IMG/VR virus record: IMGVR_UViG_3300037484_000473
Location: 1 to 35,087 of that record
Source: a virus
DNA length: 35,087 nt
Reading direction: 5' to 3' (one strand)
The translations under genes were made by a program, and so were the position numbers. Every line of letters begins with the position of its first letter. The stretch's first letter is position 1. Of the stretch, positions 1 through 9,653 are shown piece after piece. The notes beneath the pieces were generated by a model. The model made no database searches. It was given only the letters and a program-made list of their open reading frames with translations, and had not been told where the DNA came from.

Positions 1-127
1 CTATCTCGTCAGCCTTGGCAACGAGCTTCCTGAAGGCTGATCCAGCCGCACTGAAGCCAACGCCCAACCCACCACCGAGAAGGGCACCAAAGCCGATCCC
101 CTGTAGTAGTTGCTCGGCGGTAGCCCC
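1..127. repeat. Terminal direct repeat copy 1 (identical to 34961..35087); assembly overlap or terminal redundancy
   Basis: Base-by-base comparison shows 127/127 identity with the last 127 bases of the window. Confidence 0.95.
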
Positions 128-790
128 TTCAGTCTGCCCGGCGGCTCTAACCTGTCCCTCAACCTGGGCGGCTCCGTAGATACCACCCTCAACGGCCGTG
201 GCCGCACCGGTACCGAGAGCACCGGCAGCTACCTTGCCGAGGCCGGCACGGCCGAGAGCCGTAGCCATTCCCTTGCCGGCTGCTGTGGTGACGCCACCCG
301 TAGCGAGACCAGCTAGGACATTGCCGGTGAGTTCACCTGCACCGAAGGTGTTCGGGTTGATTTCCCTGAGCTGCTTGGTTCGTTCTTCGTAGGCTTTTTC
401 AGCCGCAATGTCTCCACCAACTACGCCAGCAACCTGGGCGGGTAGTCCCCGACCAGTATCGAGGACATCGACACCAGTGACGGCTTTGCCCAACTCCATT
501 GCTGCCCGATTGACGGGAAGGTATTGGGTGAGTTTGGACCCAATTTGAGCAACATCTCCTAGAGCCTCAGCACCACCACGAGCAAAGCTCTCTGCTTGGG
601 CACCAAGTGTCGAGTTGGTTGCTTCAATATCCTGCTTGGTGACGTCTTGCTCGGTGACCTCTCGGAATTGTTTGCCGTTGAGGCCAACATTCAGAAGGTG
701 CTCGGCCGCCTTGGGATCAACTTCGACAAGTTGACCTTGAGGATCGCGAAGGATTCGGCTTCCGTTACGGTAGACGCCAGGATCGGGCAT
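1..790 (-). CDS. N-terminal part (263 codons) of a junction-spanning 954-aa virion/ejection-like protein; continues at 34960..32886
   Basis: The ATG at 790..788 overlaps the TAA stop of the upstream gene (TAATG). My hand translation is stop-free down to base 2 and is in frame, through the 127-bp overlap, with ORF 32886..35027. The ORF is not in the supplied track because it lacks a stop inside this end of the window. Confidence 0.8.
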   Translation of the reverse strand, partial: MPDPGVYRNGSRILRDPQGQLVEVDPKAAEHLLNVGLNGKQFREVTEQDVTKQDIEATNSTLGAQAESFARGGAEALGDVAQIGSKLTQYLPVNRAAMELGKAVTGVDVLDTGRGLPAQVAGVVGGDIAAEKAYEERTKQLREINPNTFGAGELTGNVLAGLATGGVTTAAGKGMATALGRAGLGKVAAGALGTGAATAVEGGIYGAAQVEGQVRAAGQTEGATAEQLLQGIGFGALLGGGLGVGFSAAGSAFRKLVAKADEI

Positions 791-2703
791 TACTCCGTCA
801 CCGTCCCTCTGTAGGTGCCTTTGATTCCAGCCTTCGAGGCTGCAGAGTCTTCACGAATCTGGTTACTGGCTTCGTCGTACCGGCGAGAAGCAGCCGGGCC
901 AGCACCCGCACGGAATGACCTTTCCTTGGCCTCCAAAGCGTTAGAGAAGTCCACCATTGCTTGGGCAAATTGATCCTCGCCAGCGAGGTAAGCCTGACCA
1001 AGCGCCTCAGCATGTCTTGCTGCTTCCTTCTCGGAGAATGCAGCTCCGGAGGCTTCTTTGATCTTGCCCGTGAGAACCTCCATGGTCTGGCTTCTGATTC
1101 GGGCACCGTCCTTGGATAAATATGATGCCGCCAACTGGTTGAGAGACTCGCCGAAGACAAGTCCAGCAGGGGTTAGCTGCAACAACTTGTAGCCGGCTCC
1201 TACACCTGGAATATCCCCATGCTGAGCATGACCAACCTTGTCCTGGGTGATCCCACTCATGGAGAGGATATTGTCGACCTGAGAGCGTAGCTGGGCGACC
1301 TCGGATAGATTCTTGCCAAGATGCTCCTGAAGCTGGCCGCCCTCTTTGCCGGGGAGATCACCAGTGATCTCGCCCCTCGTCTTGAGGTTTTCGAGTTGTT
1401 TACCCTCAGTGTTGGCTTGGTTGCTTTCGAGCTTGTCCGCAGCTTCCCACCCCTTGAGGCTTTCGGCATCGGACTTGCGAGCCAGTCCACCTCTGGTAGC
1501 TGCCTTCGGGGACACCATGGCGGCTGATGTAGCTACAGACGTCTGCCCCTGAGATTCGCTCCAACGTTGCTCTCGAACCTTGGCTTGCTCGGCTAGTAGT
1601 TTCTGGTTTGCAGCGTCAGCATTGGACTTGGCAACGGCTGTGCCTATTTCCGAAGCGGTAGCCGTGTTCTTGGCCATGATGACCGAGAGTTGTTGATCCT
1701 TCAGGGCTGCCTTGCCCGCTTGGATCGACCCGAACTGCTGAGATAGTCGGCTAAGGGCGTTGTCTACCCTGCCCTTGCTGGTTTGAATGTCGTGCTCTTG
1801 GGCTCGGATGTCTGCGTCCATCCGATGCATGAGGGAGTCCATGACCGAGTTGTCACGGCCTTGAGTGGCGTAGCCCTTGAGTCCAGCAGCAATGGCAAGG
1901 CCAAGGCTCTGGAAGATGCTCATGTTCTTGAAGACTCGATTTGGATCAATCTCACGAGCGGCAACGGCCTTGGCCTCATCGTCCAGGTCGGCTTGTTTGC
2001 TGTTGAAGTCGGCTTCCCTCGCCTGTTGCTCGGCCAGTCTCTGTTGGTAGAGATTGCTGACCTCCGAAGCTTCAAGCCTGTCAGCTTGAAGCTTGGCACT
2101 AGCCTGCAGCATATTGCCTTCGGCTTGCATTTCTAGGGCTTTTTGCTCCTTTTCTTGGGCATCTCGGAGCATTTCAGGATCGTAGGCCCTGGCAGATGCA
2201 GTCTGGACCGTCTGACTAACAGGCACTGGGCTTCTACGAGCGGCTTCCTTGACGGGATCGAAGGCAGCTCTACCAGCTACAACCTTGTAGGGGCTTCGTA
2301 GACGGGCGATCTCTTGCTGGCGAGGATCTAGAGGTGCTTGGGGAGCTTGGTACCCACCTACGAAGTCACCACCGGATTGAACCATGGTTGGCCTCGGTGC
2401 TTGCTGGGGAGCTTGCCCAATAGGCTGGGGAGCGAAGTCACTCACTTCCTGAGGTGCTACCGGTGGGGCTCCCCACTTCGATGAGAATTCCTCAGGATTT
2501 GATGGCCCTACCGAAGCCATCGGTGCTGGTGATGCTCCAACACTAGGATCCACGCTCATGTTCTGAGCGGTTGCGCCGGAGTTCTGAAGCTGTAGCTGAG
2601 GGGGTAGCTTCTCCCGAGGGACGGTCATGCTCGTGCCGTCTTCGAACGTGGCCTTGACTGCACCAGGGGAACCAAGGATGTCTTCGACTTTGGTGATTTG
2701 CAT
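790..2703 (-). CDS. 637-aa Q/A/E-rich coiled-coil virion protein; ejection/internal-protein candidate by position
   Basis: This is a long ORF in the late operon, 3 nt downstream of the preceding stop. Its composition is low-complexity and helical. It occupies the position of the P22 ejection proteins. Confidence 0.6.
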   Translation of the reverse strand: MQITKVEDILGSPGAVKATFEDGTSMTVPREKLPPQLQLQNSGATAQNMSVDPSVGASPAPMASVGPSNPEEFSSKWGAPPVAPQEVSDFAPQPIGQAPQQAPRPTMVQSGGDFVGGYQAPQAPLDPRQQEIARLRSPYKVVAGRAAFDPVKEAARRSPVPVSQTVQTASARAYDPEMLRDAQEKEQKALEMQAEGNMLQASAKLQADRLEASEVSNLYQQRLAEQQAREADFNSKQADLDDEAKAVAAREIDPNRVFKNMSIFQSLGLAIAAGLKGYATQGRDNSVMDSLMHRMDADIRAQEHDIQTSKGRVDNALSRLSQQFGSIQAGKAALKDQQLSVIMAKNTATASEIGTAVAKSNADAANQKLLAEQAKVREQRWSESQGQTSVATSAAMVSPKAATRGGLARKSDAESLKGWEAADKLESNQANTEGKQLENLKTRGEITGDLPGKEGGQLQEHLGKNLSEVAQLRSQVDNILSMSGITQDKVGHAQHGDIPGVGAGYKLLQLTPAGLVFGESLNQLAASYLSKDGARIRSQTMEVLTGKIKEASGAAFSEKEAARHAEALGQAYLAGEDQFAQAMVDFSNALEAKERSFRAGAGPAASRRYDEASNQIREDSAASKAGIKGTYRGTVTE

Positions 2704-2706
2704 GAC

Positions 2707-4440
2707 TTACCCCTGCATCCTTCGGAGTTCATCAAGAGCATCTAACCTGTGGGCTAGCTCTCCAATGGCCGCTGTGTTCTGCATCGTTAGCCGACCGGTA
2801 TCGATCCGCCTCTTGCCATCTGGGCCTTTCGAAACCACGGAACGACCTGCAGGAGTTTTCTCCAGATCCTGAGCCATGACACCGTATTGACGGCCCGATG
2901 TGCCACCAGGAGCCTCAGAGTCTCGATACTCGTACGAGTAACCAGGAGCCTTGGCGGCCATCCGCAGAGCTTCGTAGGAGTCCAGAGCCTCGTAAGAGTC
3001 TATAGACTTCTTGGCTCTGCGATCCGAGAGCATCGACAACGCGCCGATACCAGAACCAAGGAGTCCGGTTATGCTGCTATCGTTCTCTGCATCACTCTGT
3101 TGGTTTGCTTTTGAGACTTCAGTGTCAGCTTTAAGCTTCGCTTCGGCCAGGTCAGATCGGCGGGAAGCTTCGTTCTCACCTATTCCAAGGGCTGCCTGGT
3201 CGTATGCTGATTGCTGCCCAATACCTGCCTGGTATCCGGACATTTGTTGCCCGACCCCAGCCTGGTAGGCTGTTAATTGTTGCTGTTGGCCGGTCTGCTG
3301 AATACCAGCGCCGGAATTGAGAGCACTAAGGTATTGATCGTAGCCAGTGGACGTTTGCGTGGCTGCCGCCTGCTGACCCGTCATAGCCTGCCCGATGTAG
3401 CCTTGACGTGCCGTTTCAGTTGAAGCTTGTGCTGCTGTGGTCGCCCCGTACTGGCTCCCGTATTGACCAGCCGCAGCTTCCGTTGCGGCTAGTTTCTGCT
3501 GGTCAATACCTTGGGCATATTGCCCGTAGGATTGGGCTGCCTGAAGGTCCGTTGCAGCACCAGTTAGACGGTTCCCCTCAGCCGCAGAGGCTAGGTCACC
3601 GGAGGATCCGAGGGCTGATAACTGCTGACCCCTCCAATTGGCTGCCTCGCTAGCTCGAAGTGTAGCCATCTCCCCTGCAGTCTTTTGTCCAAGGTCAGCC
3701 GCCTGGAATTGGGCCTGGCGCATGGCACCAGCATTGGCCCCGGCACCTCTCCCAGAACGGGCGAGGGCTATCTGAGAGGCTACGTTGGAGTCCTGAGCCT
3801 GTAAGAGCTGAGCCTCAGCGGCACTGGGTCCTGGACCTTGTGCCGCGTACTGCCTGAGGGCGTCATAACTCGATTGCTGCTGACCATTGTCTTGGCCAGA
3901 GCTGAAGTTCGAAAGCTTGTTGAGGGCTGTATTTGTGTCAGCACTCGGGGAGTATGCATTGAGCTGGTCGGCGGACACCCTCCACCGATCTAGTGCTGAA
4001 GCGTCCCCGAACTCGTCTAACGTGTTCGCCCTGCTCTCAGCTCCCGTGTAGAGGTCGGTCGCATTCCTCGCCTGTGAGGACCCGCTAGTGAGGGCACCTA
4101 CACCAGCATTACTAAGTCCTTGGGCCGCTACATTCGCACTTCCAGCACTAGATTCGCCAAGCTTTGCCAGGGTGTTGTACTGATCGGTGCCTACACCCAA
4201 GAGGGTCTGGTATTGATTGGTTCCACGATCCGTTAGGCTTTGCTGGGCCTCCTGTTGTGCCTTGAGGCTTCCACCGTAGGCGTAGTCGGTGACGTCATAC
4301 GTGCCAGCGGTGGCAACCTGCCCTCGGAAAGGATCAGTGAGCCACTCCATGTCCTTGTCACGGCTGGCCTCAACTCCTGCCGCAGCTCGTTCCTTCTGGT
4401 ACTCTTCCTCTGGGGTGGTGTCCTTGTATTGCGTAGGCAT
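2707..4440 (-). CDS. 577-aa tail needle/fibre-like protein with C-terminal intramolecular-chaperone autoproteolysis domain (peptidase S74)
   Basis: The C-terminal 106 aa (about 2710..3027) begin LSDRRAKKSI. They contain Y.YEYR...G....GVMAQDLEK.P..V.....G...ID...L......AIGEL, matching the S-D-x-R-x-K-x-x-I S74 signature. The remainder is Q/A/G-rich and predicted helical. Confidence 0.75.
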   Translation of the reverse strand: MPTQYKDTTPEEEYQKERAAAGVEASRDKDMEWLTDPFRGQVATAGTYDVTDYAYGGSLKAQQEAQQSLTDRGTNQYQTLLGVGTDQYNTLAKLGESSAGSANVAAQGLSNAGVGALTSGSSQARNATDLYTGAESRANTLDEFGDASALDRWRVSADQLNAYSPSADTNTALNKLSNFSSGQDNGQQQSSYDALRQYAAQGPGPSAAEAQLLQAQDSNVASQIALARSGRGAGANAGAMRQAQFQAADLGQKTAGEMATLRASEAANWRGQQLSALGSSGDLASAAEGNRLTGAATDLQAAQSYGQYAQGIDQQKLAATEAAAGQYGSQYGATTAAQASTETARQGYIGQAMTGQQAAATQTSTGYDQYLSALNSGAGIQQTGQQQQLTAYQAGVGQQMSGYQAGIGQQSAYDQAALGIGENEASRRSDLAEAKLKADTEVSKANQQSDAENDSSITGLLGSGIGALSMLSDRRAKKSIDSYEALDSYEALRMAAKAPGYSYEYRDSEAPGGTSGRQYGVMAQDLEKTPAGRSVVSKGPDGKRRIDTGRLTMQNTAAIGELAHRLDALDELRRMQG

Positions 4441-7400
4441 TACGTACCTCTATTAGATCCGCCGGCATATCGAATGCTGCCTCGAACCTTGGGGGATTGT
4501 TCGAGTTCTAGTTCGATACCGAGCACATAGTTGGCAATGTTGGCGTAAACGCCCGTAGGAACATCGGACCAAGTGAGTCTCACTTGGTTGCACTTCTGAC
4601 GAGCTGGACAGAACTCCTCGTCAAGGAACCTGGTAGTAAGGGTCGTAAGGCTCAGGGCGTAGGATCGGGACTCATCCGGTAGTTGGTCGTTGCGAAGCCC
4701 GTCGAACCAAAAGTGCATCTTTGCTGGTAGAAACCGGGTGGTCACCTCATCAACCTCAGTATGAACCTTGACCCAAGCCCTCTTTATTCTACCGTGGACC
4801 AAATCGATGTCGTTGGTCGTGATCCCCATGAACCTCGTCTTACTGCCCCTGTCGAGGTAGGTATTTGAGTCGGACCTACGACAGCAGCGAGATCCTACAG
4901 GGGTGGGGTCTAGGGTGACAAATACTGGTCCCACATAATCGCCTACATGGATGGTGCCTACGCTGATCCGTGTCTTTCCAAGGTCGGAAGTAGACACTTC
5001 CTCGCGCCAAGCCCCAAATTCCAATTGGTATACCCATGAGCGACTGAGGTGGTCAACGAACCACACTTCGTTGGCAAACTTGTCATATACGGCACCAATT
5101 ACCCAGTAAGTTGGGTCGCTAGTGTCGCCATCCCCTGCCTGATATCCGTTGACGTTCGTCGGAGCACAACCGATAGAATCTCGGATTGCTTGTGACCTAT
5201 CCTGCACCTGGAGACTACCTCTCTGGATGCAGTAGATCCGGGCATTCGATGCCTGGAACATGAGACCCTCAGGGGTCTCTACGACGGATCTCCAGGACCT
5301 GGCCCCAACACCTGAGGGTAATAGGAGCACATCCCCAAAGGTACCTGACCCAAAGCTATCGGGACCGGCGCCATTGAAGGCCCAAATGGCGTTAGCCGAG
5401 AAGATGAGCCACATCTGATCCATCGCAGCCACGGCCGTAACATCCTCAGGCACATCCACATAGAATGCCGCATTGGCCGGGAATGAGAGCCCTTCTCCAG
5501 GGAAGAACAGATTCGAAAGTTGTGCCCTTCTCGCGTTTTCTAGTCCGCCAACGATAACTCGGTTGAAGCCAGCCCAAATGCAACGGCATGGAGGACAGCC
5601 CCACCAGTCAAGCATGCCGCTGTTCCCCCCATTTTGCCCTTGTGTATACAGGATCTCATTTGCAGTGATGGCCGTGTCTAGAGTCACATCATTGTATATG
5701 TCATATAGAAGCTGGCCCCCCGGCGTAGGGATACCATTGGGGGTCACCAGATAGAATACGGAGCCCGCATTAGTTGTTCGATAGATTTCAGTGATGGTGC
5801 CCGGTAGCAAGTCAGTGTAACCACCGGTCTGGGTGGTGTTGATCTGACGGTTTTCCCAGGGATCATCCATAATCGCAACATTGAAGGAGCCGCTACTACT
5901 GGAGGTGACACTGGTAGGCTCGCTGACAGCACTACGCATCAGGTTACCAACCGAATCAAACCACTTGCGGACTACGCAATAGAGATAGGTACCTGCCGGA
6001 ATAGATCCAGTCACGTTCTCTGAAACCAAGGGTTTTCTAGCCGTGTACTGGCTGCCGGTCATCTCCGCCTTGGTCCCGAATTGGGAGGGCAGGGCCGTAG
6101 CGAATAGGGTCACGCCATTGGCATTCGCCTGTTGAAGAACGTCAGGGAGTGCGGTACCGGTTGCCGTCTCTAGTGCGGCTCCATCCCCTTGTGTAACTAG
6201 GTACACCTTGGTGTGAGTCGTGGTAGCTGCGTCTCTCATCGCAACCATTGCAGCAAGCCATCCAGATCGACCTCGAATGCCGGTCTCAGTTCGGACGAGG
6301 GCGTTGGTGCCTCCTACGAGAGTTTCGATTGGTACCGGTGCGGGCTCGGCTGCCCGAAAGGCCATACCTACGAGACGAGGATAGTTCTTGTCCTGATGAA
6401 TGTGGTTGCACTCGTACTTTCGGGTGCTCTCGGCTAGGCAAACCGCCGCTCGGAGACTGCGCCCCGAAGTCATGTACCCCCAGCAACGACCCTTAGCTAG
6501 CTGCGATCCGAGTTCACTCTCGGTAGGTACTACTACTGGTTTGGTGGCAGGAATGGCCCCAAAAAAGTCAAAGCCAGCTATATTTTTGGCTACTACGCCA
6601 CCAGTTGAAAGCATCTGCACCAACATGCCTTGAACCGAAGGAAATCCTGCGGTGTCATACGGCCTGTCGTAGATGACGACCATTGCCCCTTCTGAGTATG
6701 ATGTCCACGCTGCATTACCCCAAGCCGTAACCTTGGCTTGCCACGGTGTGTTGGTTCCAGCTTCTGTAAGAGCGTAATAGCTAGCCCAAAATGATGTGGC
6801 TGCGGATGTTACTGTGACGCCTGAATCAGTGATAGTGGCAACCAGCTTGTACCAGTATACGTCGTCGACACGCCAAATGACGTAGGTTCTCCCCACGGTA
6901 ATCGTAGAGCAAATGGATAAGCCCAGAGTGCCAGAATCCGGCGTAACCCCTGCAAATGTTCCAGTAAGATTGATTGACCAATCGGAGGGATCAACCCAAA
7001 AGTATTCAGCATTAGGCCCACACACCAAGATTCTATCCTGTACGGAATCATAGGCAGCATCTATCTGCATGCCAGGCGAGTAGGTAAGGGTGTCAAAAGA
7101 GCAGGGTAGCTTGAGTTCGAGGGCACATGTTGTGCGATTGAACTCGTAGATCCCAATACTCTGAAGGCCGTACCACATACACACGTATTTTCCCGCTGCC
7201 ATGGGATATCGAGGTGATCCGGCGGTATCAGGTACGCCGTAGACAACAGAGCCTCTAGCTTTGACTTGTAGATCAGCACCCGAGACCAAAGCCCAATGCA
7301 CTTCAGAGTCGTAACCGAATCCTCCAACCCCATGCTGCAGCAGAGCGGCATCAGCAAAAACGAGGAAGTCACCATCACCTAGATCAGCAACACCAGGCTG

Positions 7401-7853
7401 GCCATAGGTATACATCGCATCACCGAAGATTAGGTCAACCCTCGGAGCCTCATCGATCTCGATGGTCTGCGAGTTCTCCTCCACCTGGCGTTGCCAGATT
7501 TCATCCTCAAGGGCAAATACGGGGACGCCTGTTATTGCCGCCTTACGCTGCTTGTCTACAACTATTGAAGTGTTGTTGGCAGTCACTCCATAGGCGAGCG
7601 GGGCTCTAAGTGAGCCTGAATTCGTGGCCGTCGGAAGGGCGACAGCGCCAGGAGTCTTGGCAATCCGTCCGGGCGCATCTAGGCGAGCATTGACCAGCCG
7701 AGCTACCCTCGGAGGACCGCCGTGCTCGTCGGGCAACTGAGAGAATCCGTTTAGATTGACGGGGATCCTAGCCAATGCGATGCCAACCCTCTCCCGAGGA
7801 AATCCAGATCCTCGTCCTGTAGGTGAGTGGGGTGGATGATGCTGCCCCGTCAA
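4440..7853 (-). CDS. Large (1111-1137 aa) tail structural protein; tail hub/nozzle candidate by position
   Basis: This is the longest ORF and has a TAATG junction with the next gene. The track start (TTG 7853) overlaps the upstream gene by 86 nt. An alternative TTG at 7775 follows GGGAGAGGG and overlaps the upstream stop by only a few nt. Confidence 0.6.
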   Translation of the reverse strand: MTGQHHPPHSPTGRGSGFPRERVGIALARIPVNLNGFSQLPDEHGGPPRVARLVNARLDAPGRIAKTPGAVALPTATNSGSLRAPLAYGVTANNTSIVVDKQRKAAITGVPVFALEDEIWQRQVEENSQTIEIDEAPRVDLIFGDAMYTYGQPGVADLGDGDFLVFADAALLQHGVGGFGYDSEVHWALVSGADLQVKARGSVVYGVPDTAGSPRYPMAAGKYVCMWYGLQSIGIYEFNRTTCALELKLPCSFDTLTYSPGMQIDAAYDSVQDRILVCGPNAEYFWVDPSDWSINLTGTFAGVTPDSGTLGLSICSTITVGRTYVIWRVDDVYWYKLVATITDSGVTVTSAATSFWASYYALTEAGTNTPWQAKVTAWGNAAWTSYSEGAMVVIYDRPYDTAGFPSVQGMLVQMLSTGGVVAKNIAGFDFFGAIPATKPVVVPTESELGSQLAKGRCWGYMTSGRSLRAAVCLAESTRKYECNHIHQDKNYPRLVGMAFRAAEPAPVPIETLVGGTNALVRTETGIRGRSGWLAAMVAMRDAATTTHTKVYLVTQGDGAALETATGTALPDVLQQANANGVTLFATALPSQFGTKAEMTGSQYTARKPLVSENVTGSIPAGTYLYCVVRKWFDSVGNLMRSAVSEPTSVTSSSSGSFNVAIMDDPWENRQINTTQTGGYTDLLPGTITEIYRTTNAGSVFYLVTPNGIPTPGGQLLYDIYNDVTLDTAITANEILYTQGQNGGNSGMLDWWGCPPCRCIWAGFNRVIVGGLENARRAQLSNLFFPGEGLSFPANAAFYVDVPEDVTAVAAMDQMWLIFSANAIWAFNGAGPDSFGSGTFGDVLLLPSGVGARSWRSVVETPEGLMFQASNARIYCIQRGSLQVQDRSQAIRDSIGCAPTNVNGYQAGDGDTSDPTYWVIGAVYDKFANEVWFVDHLSRSWVYQLEFGAWREEVSTSDLGKTRISVGTIHVGDYVGPVFVTLDPTPVGSRCCRRSDSNTYLDRGSKTRFMGITTNDIDLVHGRIKRAWVKVHTEVDEVTTRFLPAKMHFWFDGLRNDQLPDESRSYALSLTTLTTRFLDEEFCPARQKCNQVRLTWSDVPTGVYANIANYVLGIELELEQSPKVRGSIRYAGGSNRGT

Positions 7854-8232
7854 TTAGGCCCGACATTGGCTGTACTGTGATTGTGTAAGGCGCTGCGGTA
7901 ATAACTGCGATTTCTGCCCCTCGGTTCGCTATAGACGGCGCCGGAAAGAGGATCGTACAGTCCCCCTTTACAATGACTAGATCCCAAAGCTGTGCCTGGT
8001 AGTTGGTTGAAGTCGTGACTGGGTTCCAAGCAGGCTTTGAACCCTTAGCTAGGGCATCTACTGCATCGGAGGCATTTTTCTCAGTGTCAATGAGGGCCTG
8101 CTTGGCGGCTAACCCCAGGGCGTTGATTGCCTCACCTAGCGTCCGCTTCTCAGGGTCACCTGAGAACTGGCGGATCACTCCCTCAAGGCCGGGCCAAGCA
8201 CCTCTACGGCGCATCTTCGTTGGAATGGCCAT
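7768..8232 (-). CDS. 154-aa hypothetical virion-module protein
   Basis: ORF in the late operon; its start overlaps the upstream stop (TAATG). Confidence 0.65.
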   Translation of the reverse strand: MAIPTKMRRRGAWPGLEGVIRQFSGDPEKRTLGEAINALGLAAKQALIDTEKNASDAVDALAKGSKPAWNPVTTSTNYQAQLWDLVIVKGDCTILFPAPSIANRGAEIAVITAAPYTITVQPMSGLIDGAASSTPLTYRTRIWISSGEGWHRIG

Positions 8233-8951
8233 TAGCGATGCCTCCGGCGAACGTCTACCCTTCGAGCCGGGGCTGGATCTCGCCTCTTGGCCCTCTTGGA
8301 TAGGTCCTTGTAGACCGTGTCTCGTTCGAGCAATCGAGCCTGGTAGAGGGCCACGTCATCGTCCCTCTGGGCCAAGACAACACCTACATGAGCCACCACG
8401 TACTCTAGGAGGCCCATGTCCGAGAAAAGACGATCCGCTACCGTGTCAAGGTCGACCCAAGCCTTCAACCCGAGGATCCTGAAAGATCTGGCAGCGTCCA
8501 ATGGAGGGGTGATCAGGATCCTCTGACCCTGCCCCGTAACGGTTACACCGCCGGTTTCGCCATCGAGGCCAACGAGGGCCCAAGCCTGAGGGACGCCCAC
8601 CGTGCTGTCGTCCGTGTCCGTGAGGGCGTCCATGAGGTGGGAATGCCTCAGGGGGATCCACGAGGAGCCCACCTTGCAGTGAACCTCGTGGACTATCTCG
8701 AATGACCCGAAAGTAGCGGCCGTCAGTATGGTTCCAGGGTAGCCAGTGGTTCTCCCTGTGACGGTCTGGGTTGCCTCCGTAGAGGAAACGAACAGCAGCG
8801 AGCCATCGGACGTTAGCCTGTCTCTCAGGTCACGGTAGGCATCATTGATAAGACGAAACAGGTTCGTCTGAGGATGACGGCTCGTGAACCCTTCGATATC
8901 ATATTTGAACCTGATGTCAGATTCAATCTCGGCCAACGTCCGGTAGCTCAT
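8232..8951 (-). CDS. 239-aa head-tail adaptor candidate (position only)
   Basis: The ORF lies 3 nt after the preceding stop, between the coat and the large tail protein. It has a basic C-terminal tail (RRDPAPARRVDVRRRHR). Confidence 0.5.
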   Translation of the reverse strand: MSYRTLAEIESDIRFKYDIEGFTSRHPQTNLFRLINDAYRDLRDRLTSDGSLLFVSSTEATQTVTGRTTGYPGTILTAATFGSFEIVHEVHCKVGSSWIPLRHSHLMDALTDTDDSTVGVPQAWALVGLDGETGGVTVTGQGQRILITPPLDAARSFRILGLKAWVDLDTVADRLFSDMGLLEYVVAHVGVVLAQRDDDVALYQARLLERDTVYKDLSKRAKRRDPAPARRVDVRRRHR

Positions 8952-8954
8952 TGG

Positions 8955-9206
8955 TTAGTACTCCCCACAGAGCTGGATCGCCCGGTGGAATGCCTTGGCT
9001 GCGTCTTCGTCTGACTCAGCCGTTCGAAACTCGGTCACGGCTTCGACGAGCCCTGGAGGTAGCTCCTCTTCGGTTTCCTCTTCGGAGTTGTCGTCGTCCA
9101 TGTCCATGGAGTCACCCATCGGATCCTTCTCGGATTCGGAGCCTTTAGGTCCCTTTCCCAAGAGGATGCCGATGGTGAGGCCCTTACCCTTTTTGCCGGG
9201 CATCAT
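8955..9206 (-). CDS. 83-aa strongly acidic small protein
   Basis: ORF in the operon with a D/E-rich core (DSMDMDDDNSEEETEEE). Confidence 0.55.
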   Translation of the reverse strand: MMPGKKGKGLTIGILLGKGPKGSESEKDPMGDSMDMDDDNSEEETEEELPPGLVEAVTEFRTAESDEDAAKAFHRAIQLCGEY

Positions 9207-9210
9207 GGGC

Positions 9211-9591
9211 TTAGCGCTCCACGGTGATGGTCAACTGGACCACGTCACCCGAGGCAGGATCTGTTACGGCCGCAGCATTCGTACCCGCGAGGGTGTTGAA
9301 GGTTGCCGTCCCCGCTGTGGCATCCTGGGCCACGACGATGGCACCTACCACTGTACGAGCTGGTGACACCAAGGTGATCTGGATCCACACCCGCTTACCC
9401 TTCGGGTAGGTCAAGGCGTAGAGACCAGTGGACGTGCGAGCAATGGTGACTCCTGGATCGTCGGAGTTGCCGGAAGCAAAGGTGGGAGCACCAGTGCTGC
9501 CGATACTGATCGACTCTCTGAAGGTTACGACGTCCCGCACGGAAGAAGCCCGGTTTGGGCTGCAATTTGCTTGGTTAGCGTGAGTAGACAT
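9211..9591 (-). CDS. 126-aa beta-rich protein following coat; decoration/head-completion candidate
   Basis: The ATG at 9591 is preceded by GGAGAGG. The track start at 9636 is a TTG only 18 nt after the coat stop. Confidence 0.5.
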   Translation of the reverse strand: MSTHANQANCSPNRASSVRDVVTFRESISIGSTGAPTFASGNSDDPGVTIARTSTGLYALTYPKGKRVWIQITLVSPARTVVGAIVVAQDATAGTATFNTLAGTNAAAVTDPASGDVVQLTITVER

Positions 9592-9653
9592 AAGGATTTG
9601 TCCTCTCCGTTGAGGGCTGCTCCATTGCTGAAGCAACCCTCAACGAGTGCGGG

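Noticed and set aside
1-222. ORF 1..222 (-), 73 aa.
   Set aside because: It lies out of frame inside the junction-spanning 954-aa gene, whose frame is open across the whole 1..790 segment. Its composition is Pro/Arg-rich, typical of an alternative frame of a GC-rich gene.
1783-2136. Long antisense or alternative-frame ORFs inside big genes (1783..2136 +, 8003..8482 +, 11205..11795 +, 13659..14096 +, 34002..34535 +, 7061..7378 -, 798..1160 - and others).
   Set aside because: Each is fully embedded in a longer ORF with motif or synteny support. They have no coupling to neighbours and show skewed (Leu/Arg/Pro/Ser-rich) composition typical of shadow ORFs.
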